Below, one piece after another: positions 57,192-62,804 of a stretch of DNA of 62,804 nt. Under the pieces are notes generated by a model. The model saw only the letters and a list, made by a program, of their open reading frames with translations. It did not search any database and was not told the origin of the DNA. The position numbers and the translations under genes are program-made. Source of the DNA: Alphaproteobacteria bacterium (lineage in GTDB: Bacteria > Pseudomonadota > Alphaproteobacteria > SMXQ01); assembly GCA_029863585.1 (NCBI GenBank), contig JAOTVC010000002.1:1-62804 (forward strand), in the 5' to 3' direction. Position 1 is the stretch's first letter. Every line of letters starts with the position of its first letter.

Positions 57192-57208
57192 TTTAGAACC
57201 ATTCTAAA
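57192..57208. promoter_or_regulatory. Iron Control Element (ICE), predicted Irr operator
   Basis: TTTAGAA-cca-TTCTAAA, a perfect match to the ICE consensus TTTAGAA-N3-TTCTAAA, 3 nt upstream of a TTGACA -35 box. Confidence 0.75.
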
Positions 57209-57211
57209 CTA

Positions 57212-57239
57212 TTGACAGCGGCATTCCCGCGCTTATATT
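57212..57239 (+). promoter_or_regulatory. candidate sigma70-type promoter of the rubrerythrin gene
   Basis: TTGACA-16 nt-TATATT, about 70 nt upstream of the ATG at 57308. Confidence 0.5.
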
Positions 57240-57307
57240 CAAGGGTGTCGCAATCACCGCAGGGACCCGCAAGGGCGCCTTAATCATCACATGGAGGAGA
57301 GAAAAAC

Positions 57308-57727
57308 ATGCCTGCACTGAAAGGGACCAAGACCGAACAGAACCTCAAGGACGCGTTTGCCGGTGAATCCCAGGCCAACCGCCGCTACCTGTATTTCGCG
57401 CAAAAGGCGGACGTCGAGGGCTACAACGACGTCTCTACCGTCTTCCGCTCCACCGCCGAAGGCGAAACCGGTCACGCCCACGGCCATCTCGAGTATCTCG
57501 AAGAGGTCGGCGACCCCGCCACCGGTGAGCCGATCGGCGACACCACCAAGAATCTGAAGGCTTCGGTGGCCGGTGAGACCCACGAATACACGGACATGTA
57601 TCCGTCCATGGCCAAGGCGGCCCGCGACGAAGGCTTCGACGAGATCGCCGACTGGTTCGAAACCCTCGCGAAGGCGGAAAAATCCCACGCCGGTCGCTTC
57701 CAGAAGGCGCTCGACAACCTCGACTAA
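57308..57727 (+). CDS. rubrerythrin-family diiron protein (erythrin type, no rubredoxin domain)
   Basis: [27 protein letters not shown]…[10 protein letters not shown]…[10 protein letters not shown]…AEKSHAGRF (four-helix diiron E/ExxH pattern). SD GGAGGAGAG. Confidence 0.9.
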   Translation: MPALKGTKTEQNLKDAFAGESQANRRYLYFAQKADVEGYNDVSTVFRSTAEGETGHAHGHLEYLEEVGDPATGEPIGDTTKNLKASVAGETHEYTDMYPSMAKAARDEGFDEIADWFETLAKAEKSHAGRFQKALDNLD

Positions 57728-57744
57728 CCGGCGTCGCATTCGGG

Positions 57745-57784
57745 AAGGCGCCGGCGCCCCGACCGGCCCGGCGCCTTTTCCTTT
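57745..57784 (+). terminator. possible terminator/attenuator after the rubrerythrin gene
   Basis: AAGGCGCCGG-13 nt-CCGGCGCCTT followed by TTCCTTT. Confidence 0.45.
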
Positions 57785-57837
57785 ATCCGGAACCCGGATT
57801 CCCCAAGCCAGCAAGATCCAAGAAACGTGAGCAAGCC

Positions 57838-59202
57838 ATGAGCGAAGGCGGACTTGAAGCCCCCACCCGGCATCCCATCGATTGGAACGACCCCGACTTC
57901 TACGACGAGGAAAAGCTGGATGCGGAATTGCGCCGGGTGTTCGACATCTGCCACGGCTGCCGCCGGTGCTTCGCGCTCTGCGATTCCTTCCCGCGGCTGT
58001 TCGACCTGATCGACGAGTCCAAGACCGGGGAGCTCGATTCGGTCGAGAGCGCCGATTTCAAGCCGGTGGTCGATGCCTGCACGCTGTGCGACATGTGCTT
58101 CATGACGAAGTGCCCCTACGTGCCGCCCCATGAATTCAATCTCGATTTCCCCCACCTGATGCTGCGCTACCGTGCGGTCGAAAACAAGAAGGGCGCGGTC
58201 GGCCTCATGGACCGCCAGCTGACCGAGACCGACCGAAACGGGCGCCTGGCCAGCACCATGCCGGGGCTCGCCAACTGGGCTTCAAAGACCGGCAACGGCC
58301 TGACCCGCGGCGTCCTCCAATCGGTGGCGGGTGTCCATGCCGAGGCCGAGCTGCCCAAGTTCTACGGCAAGACCTTCACGGCCCGTGCCGCCGGCGGGGC
58401 GCCGGAGGTGAACACCGAGGCGCCGGCCCATGGGCGCAAGGCGATCCTCTATGCCACCTGTTTCGTCAATTACAACAACCCCGGCATCGGCGAGGCGGCG
58501 CGCAAGGTGCTGGCGCTGAACGGGGTGGAAACCGAGGTCGGCTATCCCGGCTGCTGCGGCATGCCGCAGCTAGAGCACGGGGACATCGCCCGGGTGGCGG
58601 CGAATGCCAAGCGCACCGCCGCCTATTTCGCGCCCTGGATCGAAAGCGGTCATGACGTGATCGCCCTGACGCCGTCCTGCGCGCTGATGCTGAAATTCGA
58701 ATGGCCCCTGATCGTGCCCGAAGACGATCCCGCCTATCAGGACGTGACGCGATTGTCCCAGGCGACGCGCGACATCAGCGAATACATCGTCGGTATCGCC
58801 GGCAAGGAGGGCCTGGCCCCCGGCCTGAAGCCGCTCCCGGGCGGCGTGACGCTGCACCTCGCCTGCCATGCCCGGGCCCAGAACCTAGGCCCCAAGGCGG
58901 CGGAGATGCTGCGCCTGATCCCGGATTCGGAAATCGACGTGATCGAACGTTGCTCCGGTCACGGCGGAAGCTGGGGCATCAAGAACGAGAACTATCCGGT
59001 CGCGCTCAAGGTCGGCCAGCCGGTGGCGCGCCGGGCGCTCGAGCAGTCCCGCGCGTTCGTGGCTTCCGAATGCCCGCTCGCGGGCAAGCATGTGGTCCAG
59101 GGGATGCGGACGCTCGATGCGGAGCACACCGTGGTCGCGCGGTCGGTGCACCCGGTGGAAATCTTCGCGCGCGCCTACGGCTTCGAGACGGAGGAGGATT
59201 GA
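57838..59202 (+). CDS. heterodisulfide-reductase-related (HdrD/GlpC-like) iron-sulfur protein with CCG domains
   Basis: Two ferredoxin-type motifs (CHGCRRCFALC; CTLCDMCFMTKCP) and cysteine-rich CCG-type repeats (YPGCCGMP; IERCSGHGG). Confidence 0.85.
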   Translation: MSEGGLEAPTRHPIDWNDPDFYDEEKLDAELRRVFDICHGCRRCFALCDSFPRLFDLIDESKTGELDSVESADFKPVVDACTLCDMCFMTKCPYVPPHEFNLDFPHLMLRYRAVENKKGAVGLMDRQLTETDRNGRLASTMPGLANWASKTGNGLTRGVLQSVAGVHAEAELPKFYGKTFTARAAGGAPEVNTEAPAHGRKAILYATCFVNYNNPGIGEAARKVLALNGVETEVGYPGCCGMPQLEHGDIARVAANAKRTAAYFAPWIESGHDVIALTPSCALMLKFEWPLIVPEDDPAYQDVTRLSQATRDISEYIVGIAGKEGLAPGLKPLPGGVTLHLACHARAQNLGPKAAEMLRLIPDSEIDVIERCSGHGGSWGIKNENYPVALKVGQPVARRALEQSRAFVASECPLAGKHVVQGMRTLDAEHTVVARSVHPVEIFARAYGFETEED

Positions 59203-59204
59203 TC

Positions 59205-59804
59205 ATGTCCGGCCGCCGACAGATTTCCCGTGACGACCTGATGCTGGACCTCGATGCCTACAAGGCGGTGCGCGCTCAACGGCGCAAGGAAATCTGGGCG
59301 GAAAAGGAAAAGCGGCGCGTGGCGGTCGGCCCCTTCGCGACCTTCATGTTCGAGAGCTTCGAGACCATGCGCCATCAGATCCAGGAGATGCTCTATATCG
59401 AACGCGGCGGGGAACAGCAGCTCGCCGGCGAGCTCGACGCCTACAATCCGCTGATCCCCGATGGTTCGGAGCTGGTGGCGACCGTGATGTTCGAGATCGA
59501 GGACCCGGTGCGCCGGGCCCGGGAACTCGAGCGTCTGACCCATGTGGAGGAGACCATCGCCATCGAGGTCGATGGGGAAACCATCGCCGCCCAGCCGGAG
59601 AAGGATCTGGAACGGACCAAGGCGGACGGCAAGACGTCATCCATCCATTTCCTGCATTTCCCCTTCACCAAGGAACAGATCGCCAAGTTCAAGGCGCCGG
59701 ATGCGCGGGTCGTCCTCGCCATCAATCACCAGAACTATTCCCACATGGCGGTTCTGCCCGACGCCGCGCGCGCGGCGCTGGCCAAGGACTTCGATCCCGC
59801 CTGA
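59205..59804 (+). CDS. DUF3501 family protein
   Basis: ATG 59205 is in frame with track ORF 58701..59804, 2 nt after the FeS gene stop, with GAGGAGGA upstream. The sequence and its pairing with an Hdr-like FeS protein fit DUF3501 as I recall it. Confidence 0.7.
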   Translation: MSGRRQISRDDLMLDLDAYKAVRAQRRKEIWAEKEKRRVAVGPFATFMFESFETMRHQIQEMLYIERGGEQQLAGELDAYNPLIPDGSELVATVMFEIEDPVRRARELERLTHVEETIAIEVDGETIAAQPEKDLERTKADGKTSSIHFLHFPFTKEQIAKFKAPDARVVLAINHQNYSHMAVLPDAARAALAKDFDPA

Positions 59805-59823
59805 GGCCGCGCGGCGAATGCCG

Positions 59824-60438
59824 CTACTTGATTTTTTCCCCCTTCAGGGTGCCCCAGAGGTGGGCGCGGCGGGCCCAGCCGCGGATGCCGCCGGCCTCGA
59901 TGCGGCACCAGGTTTTCTCGCAAGCCAGCACCCGGGCGATCACCCCGGACGCCGCCCGGGCCACCGCCGGGGCATCGTCGGCGGGCTTGCGCCGCAGCAC
60001 GACCTCCCGTGCGGTGACGATGACGGCGCGCTTTCCGGTCAGCATGGAGCGGTGGATCCAGCCCACCGTCCCTCGCCAATCGCGGATCTTGCGCCAGGCA
60101 TCGAACTCGGCGGTGATCATTACCGGCAGGCCGCGGCGCTGGTAGACCCATTCCACGGGATAGCGCACGCCGGGCCCGGCCCGCAGATTGACCTCGCCCG
60201 CCCGCAGGCTGGCGAAGCGGGGCAGCGGCAGCCCCGTGCGTTTCACGCCCTGTGGCTTGCCGGGCTTGTTTCCCGCGACGGGCCGCAGGAAAGGCGTTTC
60301 TTCGGCGGCGCCGATGGCGGGGCCGGTCGCTTCGGCAATCGGTGCGCAAAGGACGGCGGCGATCAGGGCGGCCCCGAACCAGGGGGCCCCGCGATGGGCC
60401 GGTAGGATCGCCGTCCTATTGGCCGTCATCTTGTCCAT
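59824..60438 (-). CDS. SH3b-domain protein (COG3807-like), secreted
   Basis: Signal peptide, then LPRFASLRAGEVNLRAGPGVRYPVEWVYQRRGLPV… and a second SH3-like repeat. The start overlaps the moeB stop by ~23 nt, so the start is uncertain. Confidence 0.7.
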   Translation of the reverse strand: MDKMTANRTAILPAHRGAPWFGAALIAAVLCAPIAEATGPAIGAAEETPFLRPVAGNKPGKPQGVKRTGLPLPRFASLRAGEVNLRAGPGVRYPVEWVYQRRGLPVMITAEFDAWRKIRDWRGTVGWIHRSMLTGKRAVIVTAREVVLRRKPADDAPAVARAASGVIARVLACEKTWCRIEAGGIRGWARRAHLWGTLKGEKIK

Positions 60439-61225
60439 GGGCGTGGATGGAAAGGTCGGTGATGGTGGCGTTCGGCCCGCACAAGGGACAGGCCGGGTCG
60501 GGGCGGACCTTGATTTTGCGGAAGTTCATGTTCAGCGCATCGAGGATCAGCAGATGCCCGGCCAGGCTTTCGCCGATGCCGGCCAGTTCCTTGATCACCT
60601 CGGTCGCCTGCAGGCAACCGACCATTCCGGCCACGGCGCCAAGCACGCCGCCCTCGGCGCAGGTCGGGATCAGGCCGTCCGGCGGCGGCTCGGGAAAGAT
60701 GCAGCGGTAGCAAGGGTAATCGCCTTCATGGGCCTTGAAGGTCGAGACCTGGCCTTCGAACCGCAGCAGGGCGGCGGAGACGAGGGTCACGCCGGAAAGG
60801 TAGCAGGCATCGTTCAGCAGGAACCGGGTGGCGAAATTGTCGGTGCCGTCGGCGACCATATCGTAGGCGCCGATCAGCTCCGAAACGTTCGACGCATCGA
60901 GCCGCAGGGCGTGGGTTTCCACAACGACGTCGGGGTTGATCCCGGCGAGCACCTCGCGGGCGCTTTCCACCTTGGGCGTGCCGATGCGCCCGGTGGCGTG
61001 GATCACCTGGCGCTGCAGGTTGGAAAGATCGACGGCGTCGTCGTCGACGATGCCGATGCGCCCGACCCCGGCGGCGGCAAGATAGAGCAGCAGCGGCGAA
61101 CCGAGGCCGCCGGCGCCCACCACCAGGACGCTGGAATCCAGGAGCTTCTGCTGCCCCTTGCCGCCCAGCTCCGGCAGGATGATATGCCGGGCATAGCGTT
61201 CCAGCTGTTGGTCGGAAAACTCCAT
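60416..61225 (-). CDS. moeB: MoeB/ThiF-family adenylyltransferase (E1-like)
   Basis: RYARHIILPELGGKGQQKLL…VLVVGAGGLGSP…DDDAVDLSNLQRQ. CxxC pairs (PCYRC…CPLC). Confidence 0.85.
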   Translation of the reverse strand: MEFSDQQLERYARHIILPELGGKGQQKLLDSSVLVVGAGGLGSPLLLYLAAAGVGRIGIVDDDAVDLSNLQRQVIHATGRIGTPKVESAREVLAGINPDVVVETHALRLDASNVSELIGAYDMVADGTDNFATRFLLNDACYLSGVTLVSAALLRFEGQVSTFKAHEGDYPCYRCIFPEPPPDGLIPTCAEGGVLGAVAGMVGCLQATEVIKELAGIGESLAGHLLILDALNMNFRKIKVRPDPACPLCGPNATITDLSIHAHGQDDGQ

Positions 61226-61255
61226 GGTCGCCCGCGCGCCTCTTTTTCCTAGGAA

Positions 61256-62266
61256 TTACAGGTTATCGAACAACGCCGTCGAAAGGTAGCGTTCGGCGAA
61301 GGACGGAATGATAACCACGATGGTCTTGTCCCGGAAGTCCTCCCGCGCGCCGATCTCCAGCGCCGCGGCCAGCGCCGCGCCGGAGGAAATGCCGACCGGC
61401 ACGCCCTCCAGGCGCGCCGCCAGGCGGGAGGTGGCGAAGGCGGTTTCGTTGCCGATGCGCACCACTTCGTCGATCAGGCTGGTGTCGAGGATCTCGGGAA
61501 CGAATCCCGCGCCGATCCCCTGGATCTTATGGGGGCCGGCCAGCCCGCCCGACAGCACGGCGCTGTCCTCGGGCTCCACCGCGATCATCCTGAAGCCGGG
61601 GTTGCGTGCCTTCAGCACCGGCGCCACGCCGGCCAGGGTTCCCCCGGTGCCGACCCCGGAGACTACGGCGTCCACCGCGCCGTGGGTATCGCGCCAGATT
61701 TCCTCCGCCGTGGTGCGGGCATGGATATCGGGATTGGCGGGGTTCTCGAACTGCTGCAGCATGATCGAATCGTCGATCTTGGCGGTCAGTTCCCGGGCCC
61801 GGGCGACGGCGCCGGACATGCCTCGATTGGCCGGGGTCAGTTCGATCTCCGCCCCCAGGATCATCAGCATCTTGCGCCGCTCCATGGACATGCTTTCAGG
61901 CATGCAGAGGATTAGGCGGTAACCCTTGGCGGCACAGACGAAGGCCAGCGCGATGCCGGTATTGCCCGAGGTCGGCTCGACCACCACGGTGTCGGGACCC
62001 ATGCGGCCGGCGCGCTCGGCGGCTTCGATCATCGCGAGCCCGATGCGGTCCTTGACCGAGCCGAGCGGGTTGAAGAATTCGAGCTTGCCGAGCAGGCGCG
62101 CGCCGCAGCCCTGCTCTTTGGACAGCTTGGGTAGGTCCACCAGCGGCGTGTTGCCGATGGTCTCGAGAATGCTGCCGTAGATTCGCCCGCGCTGACCGGC
62201 GCGATCGTCGGCGCCGCCGTCGATGGGCGGCAGGGGGGCCTGGGCGGGGTCGGGCCTTGTCGCCAT
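61256..62266 (-). CDS. cysK: cysteine synthase (O-acetylserine sulfhydrylase, PLP-dependent)
   Basis: GNTPLV…[16 protein letters not shown] (PLP lysine)…[11 protein letters not shown]…GVGTGGT. N-terminal ~25-aa extension. Confidence 0.9.
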   Translation of the reverse strand: MATRPDPAQAPLPPIDGGADDRAGQRGRIYGSILETIGNTPLVDLPKLSKEQGCGARLLGKLEFFNPLGSVKDRIGLAMIEAAERAGRMGPDTVVVEPTSGNTGIALAFVCAAKGYRLILCMPESMSMERRKMLMILGAEIELTPANRGMSGAVARARELTAKIDDSIMLQQFENPANPDIHARTTAEEIWRDTHGAVDAVVSGVGTGGTLAGVAPVLKARNPGFRMIAVEPEDSAVLSGGLAGPHKIQGIGAGFVPEILDTSLIDEVVRIGNETAFATSRLAARLEGVPVGISSGAALAAALEIGAREDFRDKTIVVIIPSFAERYLSTALFDNL

Positions 62267-62295
62267 GGGTCACTGCCTTCCCGGGCCGGTGCCCA

Positions 62296-62748
62296 TCAAA
62301 TCACGAAATCCAGCCGCTCCGCGGCCTTGCTTTCGATCCCGGCCTGCTTGGCCTGGAGACAAAGCTCCTCGATGGTCACCTTATCAAGCCGCTTGATCAG
62401 CCCGTTTTCGAGGTCGTCCCACACCGGACCGACGATCCGGAGCCCGAGGTCCGATTGCGGACCGCTGCGGGTATCCTCGCCGCGCTCGGGCGTGGCGACC
62501 ACCCGGGTGATGTCGCCAAGCGTAATCCGCCGCCGTTCCCGCGCCAGAAGATAGCCTCCCCGCGGGCCCCGGACGCCCGACAGGATGCCGGCGCGCACCA
62601 TCTTCTGCAGCACCTGCTCCAAATAGCGCCGCGGGATGCCTTGGCGCGCGGTAATGTCTTTGCTTTGCACCGGTTGGGCGCCTGCGTTGTAGGCGATGTC
62701 GAGCACCGCCTCGATCGCGAACAGCAGCTTCTTGGGCAGGCGGATCAC
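62296..62748 (-). CDS. Rrf2-family transcriptional regulator
   Basis: LLFAIEAVLDIAYNAG…PVQSKDITARQGIPRRYLEQVLQKMVRAGILSGVRGPRGGYLLA. No obvious three-Cys cluster-ligand set. Confidence 0.85.
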   Translation of the reverse strand: MIRLPKKLLFAIEAVLDIAYNAGAQPVQSKDITARQGIPRRYLEQVLQKMVRAGILSGVRGPRGGYLLARERRRITLGDITRVVATPERGEDTRSGPQSDLGLRIVGPVWDDLENGLIKRLDKVTIEELCLQAKQAGIESKAAERLDFVI

Positions 62749-62804
62749 GGCCGCCCTCCCTGTGCATGGCCGGCGTCCGAGGCGTCCTTTCCGGTGGAGC
62801 CGAA

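Noticed and set aside
1-62804. A window-wide look for CRISPR arrays, rRNA, tRNA (T-loop GGTTCGA contexts), integrases and toxin-antitoxin pairs.
   Set aside because: No regularly spaced repeats were seen. Every GGTTCGA-like hit lies inside a confident CDS without a cloverleaf context. No integrase/recombinase or small paired ORFs were seen. A tRNAscan/Infernal/minCED run would be the formal check.

Overview
This is a high-GC chromosome segment that looks alphaproteobacterial. Supporting markers are Irr plus a perfect Iron Control Element, MucR/Ros, olsBA, an Alph_Pro_TM protein, and the glnD-murJ-trpS and rimP-nusA-infB-rbfA-truB-rpsO-pnp syntenies. A Rhodospirillales-like origin is only a guess. 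Positions ~1-20.2 kb look mosaic and accessory. They hold an M29/NicX-like plus amidohydrolase pair, a porin, small hypothetical genes, a decayed ORF, a decaheme-cytochrome/beta-barrel (MtrAB/PioAB/MtoAB-type) module, two partner-less binding proteins, a partner-less Rieske oxygenase, a Usp, a GNAT-HDAC fusion gene, a decayed IS110 transposase, a visibly AT-richer orphan Clp/Hsp100-like AAA+ gene, and a divergent SixA-like gene. Positions ~20.2-62.8 kb are core housekeeping: glnD, murJ, trpS, nfu, a cell-wall trio, tsaB-rimI, mucR, fur, olsBA, miaB-phoH-ybeY-corC-lnt, metK, trmB, the nusA-infB-pnp block, irr, a rubrerythrin/CCG-FeS/DUF3501 cluster, moeB, cysK and an Rrf2 regulator. I saw no rRNA, tRNA, CRISPR array or intact mobile element. 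The best candidates for something new are: (1) the stand-alone AAA+ protein with a degenerate D1 and intact Clp-type D2, next to the IS remnant (17.3-19.2 kb); (2) the single-polypeptide GNAT acetyltransferase + Zn-deacetylase fusion (14.7-16.5 kb); (3) the two-gene porin-cytochrome module with no third redox partner but an adjacent orphan binding protein (6.5-11.2 kb); (4) the ICE/Irr-controlled rubrerythrin-CCG FeS-DUF3501 cluster (57.2-59.8 kb). All family calls come from reading motifs by eye. No searches were run.
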